Below, piece after piece: positions 1-9,847 of a stretch of 64,000 nt of DNA. The notes beneath the pieces were generated by a model. It was given only the letters and a program-made list of their open reading frames with translations, searched no databases and was not told the origin of the DNA. Origin of the DNA: an uncultured Verrucomicrobiae bacterium (GTDB lineage Bacteria; Verrucomicrobiota; Verrucomicrobiia; Chthoniobacterales; UBA10450); contig CAVWPA010000003.1 in the NCBI GenBank assembly GCA_963756875.1, forward strand, positions 416,001 through 480,000, written 5' to 3'. Made by a program: the position numbers and the translations under genes. Within the stretch, counting starts at the first letter, position 1. Each line of letters begins with the position of its first letter.

Positions 1-61
1 TCACCCACCGATTGGTTTTTTGCAGGGTTGTATCGAAAACTTCCGGTTGATGCGCTTTCAT
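1..61 (-). CDS. DUF2267-family protein, 5' end only (runs off the window)
   Basis: GGAG RBS then MKAHQPEVFDTTLQKTNRWV; resembles the VFDxTLQxTNxW N-terminus of DUF2267 proteins. Confidence 0.6.
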   Translation of the reverse strand, partial: MKAHQPEVFDTTLQKTNRWV

Positions 62-188
62 AATTTTGTTCTCCAGTAATTCATCGATTTTGAGTTGGGA
101 ATTTACATCGCTTCCTCCCGCGGATGCAGAATAATTTCATAATTGTTCGCCTTCCTTAGTCAGACCGAACAGGAGACCGGCCGGGCAC

Positions 189-225
189 GCTCCACCGATC
201 TTGCGAAGAACTGCGCAGTTCTTGC
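189..225 (-). promoter_or_regulatory. 37-bp bipartite operator, copy 1
   Basis: Gene strand GCAAGAACTGCGCAGTTCTTCGCAAGATCGGTGGAGC; fits GCAA-N5-G-N4-G-N5-SS-CAA-N8-GAGC. Confidence 0.75.
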
Positions 226-323
226 CAGGCCCGGCCCGCAACTGCGCATTTTCTGCGAGAAGTTCGCGTGCCGTCGTCGTTAGAAGTTGCAGGAAATTAC
301 GTATATGGACACCGGAGAGGCGC

Positions 324-360
324 GCAAAATCTGAACAGAGTCTCGCAACCCTTGAAGAGC
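324..360 (+). promoter_or_regulatory. 37-bp bipartite operator, copy 2
   Basis: GCAAAATCTGAACAGAGTCTCGCAACCCTTGAAGAGC upstream of the protease. Confidence 0.75.
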
Positions 361-434
361 GGTATTGCCGCCGGCGTTTCATAGTTGACGCACAGAAACA
401 AAGTAATGAAAGCGTTCGCATCGTTCGCTACTTA

Positions 435-1406
435 ATGAACGCCCCGCCGCAATCAGGGAATGCGCGGGGAGTACTGCTGCTGTTCGTGATCGCGGCCGTG
501 CTCAGCGGCTGCGCCGGTTTGGACATGGGGACGGCGTCGGGGCTGACGCCGTCGGAGAAAATGATGTGGTCCACCTATGCCGTCGGCACGCCAAAAGGAA
601 TGGCGACATGTGTCATTATCAACAGGCGCGACCCCACGGCGCCGCACGGGACCGCTCCGGTGCTGGTTACAGCCGGCCATGTTCTGGCCGCGGCCCCACA
701 TGGGCCTTATTTCCTGGCAATCAGAGTGCCGAATCCGAACGGCAATCCCGACGTGGCGATTCTGGAACTTAAGCCGGCATGGTATGGGCAAACCGCTTAC
801 ACCCGGCACCCACAGCACGATATCGCCGCAATCGAATTGCGTATCCCGGACGAACTGGCGGACACAGTCGACTTGCCCTCGTTCATCGATGAGAGCGCAG
901 TTGGCGGCCGCACAGATGAACCGCACCCGGGCGAACCCGTCTCCGTGCTGGGGTTTCCAAAGGTATTTCCGGGGACCGAGGGAGGATTTGCAGTTTTGCG
1001 TGGCGGAAGGATCGCCTCCTACTCGCCAGGCGGCCGGCGAAGTCGCGAAAAATTTCTTGTCAATACATACGCCTATTCGGGAGACAGCGGCGGCCCGGTA
1101 TTTGCCGAAGAGCGTCACGGGGGCAGACCCAAATTGCTCGGGATTTTGACCGAACGGATTGGAAAGAAAGCCGGTGAGGTGCCGCTCGCCGTTGCGGTCA
1201 ACGCAACCGTGATTCGCGAAACGCTGGAACTGCTCGCAATCCGCGAGCACCAGCCGCTGAACAAAAATCCGGCTGGGAACCGATCTGGATCCAAAGCAAA
1301 CACGTCCTCAACCGTGAAGCTCGCTGCTCCGCCCGGCATGTTCGTCAAGATCGCGCACGGCAAACGGCCCGCCGCCCTGCCGATTCCCGTCGCTCCGCGC
1401 GATTGA
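435..1406 (+). CDS. Trypsin-like (S1) serine protease, putative lipoprotein
   Basis: LSGC lipobox; LVTAGHV (His), HDIAAI (Asp), GDSGGP (Ser); start taken at ATG 435 inside ORF 201..1406. Confidence 0.85.
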   Translation: MNAPPQSGNARGVLLLFVIAAVLSGCAGLDMGTASGLTPSEKMMWSTYAVGTPKGMATCVIINRRDPTAPHGTAPVLVTAGHVLAAAPHGPYFLAIRVPNPNGNPDVAILELKPAWYGQTAYTRHPQHDIAAIELRIPDELADTVDLPSFIDESAVGGRTDEPHPGEPVSVLGFPKVFPGTEGGFAVLRGGRIASYSPGGRRSREKFLVNTYAYSGDSGGPVFAEERHGGRPKLLGILTERIGKKAGEVPLAVAVNATVIRETLELLAIREHQPLNKNPAGNRSGSKANTSSTVKLAAPPGMFVKIAHGKRPAALPIPVAPRD

Positions 1407-1445
1407 ATGGTTGAAGCCATTGGCAACCACAACTGCCCTCCGACG

Positions 1446-1482
1446 CCAATTTTTGCATCGGAAATGACAAGCAGAGACAAGT
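1446..1482 (+). promoter_or_regulatory. 37-bp bipartite operator, copy 3 (divergent)
   Basis: CCAATTTTTGCATCGGAAATGACAAGCAGAGACAAGT; CAA boxes 21 bp apart, G10 and G15 kept. Confidence 0.6.
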
Positions 1483-1512
1483 GTTGTTCCGCTTGTCCAC
1501 GTAAGTAGACTT

Positions 1513-1962
1513 ATGAAAGGCAATATCCTCCTGGTGGCGAACGGCGACGCCGATTCAAATGCGATCATCGCCGAGGCAGCAAAACAAACTGGGCGCGGGT
1601 TGACCAAGGCCAACAGCGACCGGCAAGCGTTTGAAGTTCTCAGCATGGCAACGGACGATGTCGACATGGCGATCATCGATCTCGATCCGGGCATTCACAG
1701 TCTTTCCATTCTTGAAGCGATGGGCTGGGCCGAAACCGCTCCGCCGATCATCGTTGTGACGAGCCTGAACGAATCAGAAGCGGCTCCGATCGCGTCGCGC
1801 CACGGTGCTGCCGCTTGTATCGGCAAACCGTTTACCGCTTCACAAATCGTTTCAGCGATCGAGCGGATTTGTTCGTCGTGGAGGCCGCAGACGTTGTCGT
1901 GCGATTTCTGGGGACATCCGCGTTCGTGGCGGGACCGCGCGGCTTTAAATCAGCCGGCATAA
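1513..1962 (+). CDS. Single-domain response regulator (receiver)
   Basis: MAIIDLDP phospho-Asp region, VVTS, IGKPF; acidic pocket atypical (VANGD). Confidence 0.8.
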   Translation: MKGNILLVANGDADSNAIIAEAAKQTGRGLTKANSDRQAFEVLSMATDDVDMAIIDLDPGIHSLSILEAMGWAETAPPIIVVTSLNESEAAPIASRHGAAACIGKPFTASQIVSAIERICSSWRPQTLSCDFWGHPRSWRDRAALNQPA

Positions 1963-2037
1963 ACACCAAGCCCGGAGCGCGTTCGAAGCGGTCGTCTCCT
2001 TACCTTGCGTTTCAATTTCAAGATGACTAACTCGCAA

Positions 2038-2700
2038 CTATTGCGACACAGATTGGCGCCCGGGAGCCTGCGCGAGAATTTCGCGGACTTCATCGTCGGT
2101 TGTTTGTCCGAATTCCTCGTACCATTGGCCCACGGCGTAGAAGTTTTCGGGCACCATCACCGCGGCGACATCGTCGGCTGCCTGCCGAATTTGATAGTAG
2201 GTCGATGCGGCGATCACCGGCGCGGCGACGACAATACGGCCTGCGTTTAATTGCCGCAGCGCGGCGACGGCGGCCATCATGGTCGAGCCCGTGGCGATTC
2301 CGTCATCAACAAGGATGACCGTTTTTCCTTCGATATCCGGCCGCGGACGATCGCCGCGATAAAGTTTTTCGCGCCGCTGGAGTTCGGCCAGCTCTTCCGC
2401 GGTGACGGCTTCGATGACTTCGTCCGGAATCCGCAAAGTGTTTACAACATCGCCATTGAGCACGCGGACACCGCCGGAGGCGATGGCGCCCATGGCCAGT
2501 TCCGGATGGCCGGGCAAACCAAGTTTGCGGACCACAAAGACATCCAGTGGCACGTTTAATTTTTTTGCGACTTCGGCGGCGACCGGCACGCCGCCGCGCG
2601 GCAGCGCAAGGACAAGCACATCGTCCCGGTTTACGTAGTTGCCGAGATTTTCCGCCAGAAACCGGCCGGCTTCAGATCGATTCAGAAATCGTGTTTTCAT
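2038..2700 (-). CDS. Phosphoribosyltransferase-like protein (Rv0571c/Rv2030c N-terminal type)
   Basis: [33 protein letters not shown] loop, AVGQWY. Confidence 0.88.
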   Translation of the reverse strand: MKTRFLNRSEAGRFLAENLGNYVNRDDVLVLALPRGGVPVAAEVAKKLNVPLDVFVVRKLGLPGHPELAMGAIASGGVRVLNGDVVNTLRIPDEVIEAVTAEELAELQRREKLYRGDRPRPDIEGKTVILVDDGIATGSTMMAAVAALRQLNAGRIVVAAPVIAASTYYQIRQAADDVAAVMVPENFYAVGQWYEEFGQTTDDEVREILAQAPGRQSVSQ

Positions 2701-2743
2701 GCTTGGGCCTCCTGAGGTTACCTTGTTCGTTCCCGTCGGGCGG

Positions 2744-2780
2744 GCTCTGCGAAACTTGGCAAAGGCTGCGCTAATTTTGC
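2744..2780 (-). promoter_or_regulatory. 37-bp bipartite operator, copy 4
   Basis: Gene strand GCAAAATTAGCGCAGCCTTTGCCAAGTTTCGCAGAGC. Confidence 0.75.
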
Positions 2781-2863
2781 GGGGCCCGGAGAGGGGACGC
2801 GTCTGCAGAACCGGACGGGGGAGCGCCCGTTCGTGACTTACGTGCTGTACTCTTTGGGAGGAC

Positions 2864-2900
2864 GCAATATCTGCGCAGGGATTGGCAAGAGATGGTGAGC
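2864..2900 (+). promoter_or_regulatory. 37-bp bipartite operator, copy 5
   Basis: GCAATATCTGCGCAGGGATTGGCAAGAGATGGTGAGC upstream of Hsp20. Confidence 0.75.
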
Positions 2901-2950
2901 GGTGTTCGGATGGCGTGATCTGCTTGTACTCAGGCAAGGAAAGGAAAGTT

Positions 2951-3403
2951 ATGGATACACTCACAACCTGGAACCCGTTCCGGGAGTTGGATGAGGTTCA
3001 AAACCGTCTAAGCACATTCTTCGGCGGTTTCCCCCCTCGTCTCTTCGGGAATGGCAAGAAACTCAAAATGACCGACTGGTCGCCCCTGGTGGACATCATC
3101 GAGGACGACAAGGAGTACCTGGTCAAAGCCGATCTGCCGGAGATGAAGAAAGACGACGTTAAAGTGACAATGGAAAACGGCGTGCTGAGCATCTCAGGCG
3201 AGCGCAAGGTCGAGAAAGAAGAAAAGAACAAAAAGTACCATCGCATCGAACGCTCAATCGGCACCTTTGAGCGCACATTTACCGTGCCCGAGGATGCCGA
3301 TCCAAGTAAGATCGCCGCCGAGTTCAAGGAAGGCGTGTTAACGGTCCACCTGCCGAAGAGCCCGGCAGCAAAACCGAAACCCATCGAGGTCAAAGTACAG
3401 TAG
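2951..3403 (+). CDS. Hsp20/alpha-crystallin small heat-shock protein
   Basis: [56 protein letters not shown]. Confidence 0.95.
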   Translation: MDTLTTWNPFRELDEVQNRLSTFFGGFPPRLFGNGKKLKMTDWSPLVDIIEDDKEYLVKADLPEMKKDDVKVTMENGVLSISGERKVEKEEKNKKYHRIERSIGTFERTFTVPEDADPSKIAAEFKEGVLTVHLPKSPAAKPKPIEVKVQ

Positions 3404-3411
3404 TCAAACGG

Positions 3412-3460
3412 AACGGCGGCGTCCTTCGTTCGGACGCCGCCGTTTGCGTCGTTTTGGCTT
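3412..3460. terminator. Hairpin between convergent genes, probable intrinsic terminator
   Basis: AACGGCGGCGTCC-TTCGTTC-GGACGCCGCCGTT stem-loop followed by T-rich tract. Confidence 0.7.
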
Positions 3461-4369
3461 TCAGAAAGCGGCAGTAGGACGAACGTCGACGATGCCCCAG
3501 AGCATTGCGCGGTCTTGGGCCGCATGGTTGGTCTGCATTAAGAGATGAGGTTCGCGGAAGCTCCGCAACACCACCAAAGCCCCGGGCGCAGCTGCGCGTC
3601 GCACCCCGGCGAATAGTCGCCGCTCGTAGGCCGGGTTCGCTCCATCAAGAATGTTGGAAAGAGAAAACCCGGTGAAACTGCCGGCGGGCTGGCGTTCAAG
3701 AAAAGCAGCCGCGTCGGCGCATTCGAGTTGAATCTGCCCGCGCTCCGCGAAATCGTTGGTCGAGGAGGAGATGTCTCCAAGAAGAAGGGCCCGAGCGTAC
3801 GGATTTTTGCGGTTAGGGTGCAGCGTAAAACAGCGCTCCATCCGCCCCCGCATGATGGCTCCGAAATTCGGCGGTAGACGATTAAGAAATGACCGGGAGT
3901 ACATGGCCCGCAGCACGGGCCGCGAGAACAACAAATCAAAGGCCGCGCGGAATCGCAGCGTATCGAGGTGACGGCGCCAGTAAAGGATCTGCTCTTTCGG
4001 ATTGTCGAAATCGAGGAACGCTTGCACCGTTCGCCTCCTCCATCCGGCCAGAGGCCCGAGGGCGCGCAGGAATGCAAGGATGCGATCGGCACTACCGCGT
4101 TGGACTGGTGCCCTCCCCAGGCGCCGTTCGACATAGGCAAGTTGAACGGGATTGATGTCAACGGCCACCACCTTGTGATGAGCGGCAAGCTTCATCGCGG
4201 TGCAGCCGGCGGATGCGATGCAAAAAATGTGTCCGCCAGACGCAAATGCACCGAGCTCAATCGCTGCGTCTTCGTACATGCGCCCGAACAACAACTTGCG
4301 CGGTCCGGCGCGCGCATTGAAGCGCCCGCTCTCCCAGGCCGTTTCTGGGGCGGCGGAACTCACCCCCAT
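3461..4369 (-). CDS. DUF3419 / BtaA-like protein
   Basis: MYEDAAIE, CIASAGCTA, VAVDINPVQL, FSLSNILD motifs. Confidence 0.7.
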   Translation of the reverse strand: MGVSSAAPETAWESGRFNARAGPRKLLFGRMYEDAAIELGAFASGGHIFCIASAGCTAMKLAAHHKVVAVDINPVQLAYVERRLGRAPVQRGSADRILAFLRALGPLAGWRRRTVQAFLDFDNPKEQILYWRRHLDTLRFRAAFDLLFSRPVLRAMYSRSFLNRLPPNFGAIMRGRMERCFTLHPNRKNPYARALLLGDISSSTNDFAERGQIQLECADAAAFLERQPAGSFTGFSLSNILDGANPAYERRLFAGVRRAAAPGALVVLRSFREPHLLMQTNHAAQDRAMLWGIVDVRPTAAF

Positions 4370-4749
4370 GCAGGAAAACTGGCCGAAACCCAGACGAGTA
4401 CGAGGAAAGCAAAATTTTTGAGCACCATCCCGACCGGATCGTGAATGATGCGCCGCGCCCATAGAAGGCCGCAAGCGTTCAACGCAACAAGCAGCGCCGT
4501 TTGAATAAATGCGCAAAGAACCGGGGCGATTCCGGTCAGGACCCAGATCCCAAGAGTAACTTCGACAACTCCCAGCAATTTTAGGAACGCCGCCCCGACA
4601 CGCGGTCCGTAGTGAGGCACAGCTTCGACGACTTGCTTCTGGCGCGGTTCACCGTTGAGCAGCTTGCACCATAAACCTTCATAGAGCCAAACGGCAGCTA
4701 CTGCGGCATGGATCATCCACAATGGCGGCAACAAAAGCGATGCGCTCAT
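4360..4749 (-). CDS. DoxX-like membrane protein
   Basis: VAAVWLYEGLWCKL ... DPVGMVLKN; 4 hydrophobic segments. Confidence 0.75.
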   Translation of the reverse strand: MSASLLLPPLWMIHAAVAAVWLYEGLWCKLLNGEPRQKQVVEAVPHYGPRVGAAFLKLLGVVEVTLGIWVLTGIAPVLCAFIQTALLVALNACGLLWARRIIHDPVGMVLKNFAFLVLVWVSASFPAWG

Positions 4750-5327
4750 TGCTTTTGTTGCGTGGTCGAGCGCGGCCATAGATTACTCCGCATGGCGGCG
4801 AAGATATGGCGGTGAAACGAGTGGCAGACCAATGCTTCAAAACGCCCGCATAACCAGCGGGGATGATAAGGACTTGCATAGCGAGTTGCCAGAGCGACCC
4901 GGGTTTCGTTCTCCGAAAGCTTGCGCAGGGTGTAACCGCCTCCCAGGAGCTTTATCCCTCCGCCGAACGCGAGGTTTTGCTCGATGACTTCGAAGGTATA
5001 ATCGCGCGCCTGAATTATCTGAGTCACTCGCTTTAGCAAATGTCCGCTTACGTAACGACATTTGACCTCGCCGCCCACTTCGATCTTGCAACCTTCGCTC
5101 CCGATCGGAATCGGAACGAGTTGACGCAAAAAAAACGCCGGGCGCGCTGCAATCTCTTCATAAAACATCAGAGCATTCCACACCGCTTCGGGCGGGGCCG
5201 AAAAGTCCTGGAGAGTAACAACTACCGAAGCCGACCGTGGCCTCGTGCCAGACATTGAGGGTTGCGCACCGGCGGTTCGGTTTAATGACGTACCGGTCGT
5301 ATTCACCTGCCGTTGATCACTGAGCAA
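4746..5327 (-). CDS. Hypothetical protein, possible SRPBCC/START-like fold
   Basis: APPEAVWNAL..., overlapping stop/start with neighbours; start uncertain. Confidence 0.55.
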   Translation of the reverse strand: MLSDQRQVNTTGTSLNRTAGAQPSMSGTRPRSASVVVTLQDFSAPPEAVWNALMFYEEIAARPAFFLRQLVPIPIGSEGCKIEVGGEVKCRYVSGHLLKRVTQIIQARDYTFEVIEQNLAFGGGIKLLGGGYTLRKLSENETRVALATRYASPYHPRWLCGRFEALVCHSFHRHIFAAMRSNLWPRSTTQQKQ

Positions 5328-6287
5328 TAAAGCCGAGCGATACCAATAGCGGTTCGTCGATTGCAGAGGTGATCGGCAGCCCGTTATCGCGCTGATAATT
5401 TGCGATGGCCACCCGAGTCAGCGGGCCGATTATGCCATCCACGGCGTCCTGATAATATCCGAGCTGTTGCAACGCGCCCTGCACGTTCGCCACCACCTGG
5501 TCAGGGGGAAGGCTATCGTATCCGTAGATCGGCTCGTTGTAATCATAATAGGAGTAGTACGGATCGTAGCCCCATGCCGGATACCACCAGCCCGCGTCCC
5601 AGGCCCAAAAACCCCAGTCGAAGAAAATGATGGCTGCACAGTGATTTCTCCACCAATCGCGACCGTGATGATGATGATAATGTTCCTCATGTTTCCAGTG
5701 CGCCTGGGCGAAGTTATCGCGCTTGCCATTCCAATTGCGCAACCGTGCCGAAGTTTGCGGATCCAGTCTGCTCCTGCCTCTCCAGTTGCTGTGCGACCAT
5801 TTGCCGGGGTTCGCGGCACTCGCATAATTGTTGGTGGTGGCGCGGTGCCTCGTGTTTCGGCCGTTTTGCGACGAAACCCCGGCATTATTGCGGGCCCCGG
5901 TAGAAGTGCGCACTCGAGCCGTGCGACTTACGCCATTGAGCGTTGAATGATGAACAGTAGTCGAGCCGCGTACCGCCGGGTAGGACAACCTTGGGCTACC
6001 GATGGCACGGGCTCCGTACCCGGTACTTGGGTGATAATATTGCCGTCCGGTCCAGCCGCTGGCGGAATAATGTCGAGGTGCCGAGCTGAAGTGAGCGCCT
6101 CCAGCGGAACCATGCGAAATTCCGCCACTGCCGCTACCACCGCCGCCGCCGCCGCCCCGCTACCACCGCCTCCTCCTCCGCCATTGCCACCGCCACCGCC
6201 ATTGCCACCGCCTTTGGCAAAAGCGACCGGAGTAGTCAAAGTGAGCGACAGCCCGATTAATGCGATTGGGATTCGTGATATTTTCAT
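5317..6287 (-). CDS. Secreted Gly-rich protein with C-terminal peptidoglycan-binding domain (frameshift near 6156)
   Basis: Signal peptide plus poly-Gly (5928..6287) joins 5317..5988 if one base is restored in the GGC run; VQGALQQLGYY..VDGIIGPLTRVAIANYQRDNGL is PG_binding_1-like. Confidence 0.8.
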
Positions 6288-6296
6288 AAAAGTCTT

Positions 6297-7082
6297 TTAG
6301 TCAGCCGGCGAGAGCATGTGATACTTGCTGCGTTCCAAGATTGGCCCCTGAGTGCTTCCACTCAAAAATTGAACGACCACCGGATTCTTTGATTGCTTGA
6401 TTTCTTCGGGCGCGCTTTCCTCGATAATTTCTCCGCGGTGCAACATTGCCATGCGCGTTGCCACATGGAAAGCGCTGTCCATTAAATGGGTAACGATAAT
6501 CGATGTCGTCTGCGTTTTCTTTGTCAGATCGATAATCAATTCGTCGATTAACGCGCCAATTACGGGATCAAGTCCTTGAGTCGGTTCGTCGAAAAGAATT
6601 AATTCCGGTTCCATCACCAGGGCGCGAGCCAGACCGACTCGTTTGCGCATGCCCCCGCTCAGTTCGTACGGCATCAATTTGTCCTCGCCAGCCAGTTCGA
6701 CCATTTCCAGTTTTTCATCGACAATTCTGTCGATCTCCTCCGGGGTTTTGTCGGTCAGCTCCTGTAATGGCAGGGCCAGATTCTCCCGCACCGTGAGCGA
6801 GCTGAGCAGCGCGGCATCCTGATAGACCATGCCAATGCGAGTCCGGACTTGTTCCAGATCGCGGTCGGTCATTTTGGAAATTTCGTGGTCCTTAAAGAAG
6901 ACCGAGCCTTCGTTCGGTTTCAGGATCCCGAGAATCAGGCGAAGGATGGTGGTTTTGCCCGCGCCGCTCTGCCCGATGATTACCAGCCGCTCCTGCGGAG
7001 CGACGGCGAGGGAGACATGGTCGAGCACCCGCTTTTCGCCGAAGCTAAGGCAGACATCATCGAGTTTAACCACGGGTGCCAT
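6297..7082 (-). CDS. ABC transporter ATP-binding protein, MlaF/Mkl-like
   Basis: GQSGAGKT, LSGGMRKRVGLARAL, ILFDEPTQGLDP, VTH; alternative start 7142. Confidence 0.9.
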   Translation of the reverse strand: MAPVVKLDDVCLSFGEKRVLDHVSLAVAPQERLVIIGQSGAGKTTILRLILGILKPNEGSVFFKDHEISKMTDRDLEQVRTRIGMVYQDAALLSSLTVRENLALPLQELTDKTPEEIDRIVDEKLEMVELAGEDKLMPYELSGGMRKRVGLARALVMEPELILFDEPTQGLDPVIGALIDELIIDLTKKTQTTSIIVTHLMDSAFHVATRMAMLHRGEIIEESAPEEIKQSKNPVVVQFLSGSTQGPILERSKYHMLSPAD

Positions 7083-7160
7083 GACGCGTTGAGAAGCTAA
7101 CTCACCGGAACTCGAAAGGACAGGCGTGAGCGATCTTAGCATTGTAATCTCTTAACGCGG

Positions 7161-8285
7161 CTACCTTCTGCCGTGAGGATGCGACTCGCGAAATTTGTTG
7201 GTCTTTCGCCGCTCCGGCGAGGCATGTGCGGAGAGCTTTCGAACCTTGCGCGTCAATATCATTGGTCCGAATGATTTTTCTTTGCCTGCTCCATTGCCTC
7301 CGATTCGGCGTTTTATTGTGCGCCCGCCGGCACGGCGCGCGAGGCTCGATGCTCTTATTTTTGGATGCGATGGCGCAACCAGCACTGAGCAAGGCGCATG
7401 TCGCACCACCTGTTCGGCAGTGCTGCCAATCAGGACATGTTTGAATCCGGTCCGCCCATGCGTCGATGTAATGACGAGGTCGACATGATGACCGCGAGCA
7501 AACGCGCAGATCAGGAATGCCGGCTGTCCCCCGACAATCGCGGTTTCGAATTTTACACGGCCGAACTTTGCCAGACGAACAAAATCGCGCATTTGCCGTT
7601 CGGCGTCCTTTTGAAGTGCCTTTGTCACAACCGAGAGATCGTACAACGCGTAACCGTCGCTGGTATAAGGATAGCCGATCTGGATGACGTGTAACAGGAT
7701 CACCCTGGCCGCGAACTTTTCCGCAAACGAGATCGCATAACGGAGGCCTTGCAGCGAGCAAGCGGAAAAATCCACCGGCACAAGGATTGTGTTAATGGAG
7801 GAGGCCCGTCCGGTTTTCGACCGCCGTTTATCTTGCCGCGCGACAAAGACAGGACATGGCGAATGTTGCACGACCCGCTCGGCGGTGCTGCCGAAGAAGG
7901 CATACTTGAGACCGGTCCGTCCGTGTGTGGGCATGACGATGAGATCGGCGGGAAGTTTGTTGGCTAGCCTGCAAATTTCATCGAAGGCCGGCGCCCCACT
8001 CAAAAGATGGCAGTTCGCCTTGGACAAACCATGTTTATCGGCCAGCGCACGAAGTTCGCGGACTAGTCTCTTTTCCTCGTCTTCCTCATACGTAGCGAGT
8101 GAAAATGGCATCAGTGGCGGCATCGGCGCGGTGAAGCCGGCCGGATAATCGAGCTGGTGAACGTGCGCCAGATGAATGGTGGCATCGTAACGCTGGGCCA
8201 GGCGTTTCGCGGTCTCGATGGCCTGGATCGACATCTTCGAGAAATCGATCGGCACGAGGATGTTCCGAATCGTCATTTTCTTCAT
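7161..8285 (-). CDS. Tandem-domain universal stress protein
   Basis: Two USP domains: ILVPIDFS...THGRTG...GSTAERVV and ILVPVDFS...GSTAEQVV. Confidence 0.93.
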   Translation of the reverse strand: MKKMTIRNILVPIDFSKMSIQAIETAKRLAQRYDATIHLAHVHQLDYPAGFTAPMPPLMPFSLATYEEDEEKRLVRELRALADKHGLSKANCHLLSGAPAFDEICRLANKLPADLIVMPTHGRTGLKYAFFGSTAERVVQHSPCPVFVARQDKRRSKTGRASSINTILVPVDFSACSLQGLRYAISFAEKFAARVILLHVIQIGYPYTSDGYALYDLSVVTKALQKDAERQMRDFVRLAKFGRVKFETAIVGGQPAFLICAFARGHHVDLVITSTHGRTGFKHVLIGSTAEQVVRHAPCSVLVAPSHPKIRASSLARRAGGRTIKRRIGGNGAGKEKSFGPMILTRKVRKLSAHASPERRKTNKFRESHPHGRR

Positions 8286-8315
8286 GCTCCAACATGAATT
8301 AGCCACCGCGAAGAG

Positions 8316-8352
8316 GCTTGCCGTTGCTTGCCAAAAGCGAACCGTTTCTTGC
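8316..8352 (-). promoter_or_regulatory. 37-bp bipartite operator, copy 6
   Basis: Gene strand GCAAGAAACGGTTCGCTTTTGGCAAGCAACGGCAAGC. Confidence 0.75.
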
Positions 8353-8514
8353 GCGCCGCGACCGGTTCGGTCTGTTTCTCAAGCGTAGCGAACGCGGCGC
8401 CGACCAGATACCGTCCATCGGAGGAGCCTCCGGTGGTCTTTGATTACCGGGAACTTCGGCGACGCCGCGCCATCACAACTGCCGTCGCCCCGAGTTAACG
8501 AAGGCGGTTTATTC

Positions 8515-9531
8515 CTATCTCCGGCTGAGCTCTTCCAGTCTCGCGGGGAGGCGCGAACCTTTTATCCCGACGCTCCGTTTGGAGCGTTTGCCCAGATTTG
8601 CCATTCTCGTCTCACGATGCGATGGCGCGACCAGAACGGAACAGGGCGCGTGTCGGACGATCTGTTCCGCGGTGCTGCCCATCAGCACATGTTTGAGCCC
8701 GGTCCATCCATGCGTTGAGGTGACGATCAGATCGATCTTGTGTTCGTCGGCAAATGAGCAAATCTCCGGCACCGGCGCGCCGAGCACGATTTTCGTTTCA
8801 AATTTCACGGTGCCGAATTCCGCCGAGCGCACGAACTCTTGCATTTGCCGCTCGGCATTTTTGCGCGCAGCCTTCTCCAAACCGGAAAGATCATACAAAG
8901 CGAGTCCATCGCTCGTATAAATGTAGCCGGGATAGACAGCGTGAAATACGATCACCTTCGCCCCCACGCGATCGGCAAACGAGACGGCGTAGCTCAGGCC
9001 TTCCTGCGAGCAAGCGGAAAAATCCACCGGCACAACGATCGTGTTGATGGGTGATGCGAACCGGCCTTTCAGGGCGTCCGTATTCTCCCGCGAAACAAAG
9101 ACCGGACAGGGCGAATGCTGCACGACCCGCTCGGCCGTGCCGCCGAGAAAAACGTGTTTGAGCCCGGTGTGACCATGCGTGGGCATGACAATGAGGTCGG
9201 CCGGAAGTTCCTTCGCAAGCTTGCAGATTTCATGAAACGCCGAGGGCCCCTCGATCAAGTGCGTTGCCTCCGTGGGCGACAGGCCGGATTTGCGCGCCAG
9301 CGTTTTCAATTCTTCAGCGAGCGTCTCCCGTCTGTGCTCCTCGAACGACACCGGCCGGTTCCCCGCCGATAACACCGGCCCCATAAAATCGGTTGGATAT
9401 TGCCAGTGATGAACGTGCGCCAGATGAACGCTTGCGCCGAACCGATGGGCCAGCCGCTTCGCAGTGTCGATAGCCTGGATCGACAGCTCGGAAAAATCGA
9501 TTGGCACCAGAATAATGCCTTCTGTTTTCAT
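8515..9531 (-). CDS. Tandem-domain universal stress protein (paralogue of 7161..8285)
   Basis: ILVPIDFS, THGHTGLKHVFLGGTAERVV, second USP domain. Confidence 0.93.
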   Translation of the reverse strand: MKTEGIILVPIDFSELSIQAIDTAKRLAHRFGASVHLAHVHHWQYPTDFMGPVLSAGNRPVSFEEHRRETLAEELKTLARKSGLSPTEATHLIEGPSAFHEICKLAKELPADLIVMPTHGHTGLKHVFLGGTAERVVQHSPCPVFVSRENTDALKGRFASPINTIVVPVDFSACSQEGLSYAVSFADRVGAKVIVFHAVYPGYIYTSDGLALYDLSGLEKAARKNAERQMQEFVRSAEFGTVKFETKIVLGAPVPEICSFADEHKIDLIVTSTHGWTGLKHVLMGSTAEQIVRHAPCSVLVAPSHRETRMANLGKRSKRSVGIKGSRLPARLEELSRR

Positions 9532-9562
9532 GTTGAAAATATGAGTGCACCCGCCGGCAGAG

Positions 9563-9599
9563 GCTCGGCGTCGCTTGCGAAAACCGAAGCGTTTTTTGC
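9563..9599 (-). promoter_or_regulatory. 37-bp bipartite operator, copy 7
   Basis: Gene strand GCAAAAAACGCTTCGGTTTTCGCAAGCGACGCCGAGC. Confidence 0.75.
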
Positions 9600-9639
9600 G
9601 CGCTTTAGCCGGCCCGCTCAGCCGGATGCCGTAGCTTCT

Positions 9640-9777
9640 GGGGAGCACAGGCTGCCAGCCTGTTGATCTCGGCAGCTTGCCGAGACGGGCAATGGGCCAA
9701 CTGTCCCGGAAATCCTGGCGTGCAAAGGTGTTGCCGCCAGGCTGCCGGCAACTACAGGCTGGCAGCCTGTGCTCCCC
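9640..9777. repeat. REPIN/MITE-like element with 24-bp terminal inverted repeats
   Basis: GGGGAGCACAGGCTGCCAGCCTGT ... ACAGGCTGGCAGCCTGTGCTCCCC; each arm is itself palindromic. Confidence 0.8.
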
Positions 9778-9847
9778 GAAAAGAGCTTATGCGCGGCAGT
9801 GATGGGCGTAGCGTGTAAGTTCGCCTGCTAAAATCTTTCGCAATGCA

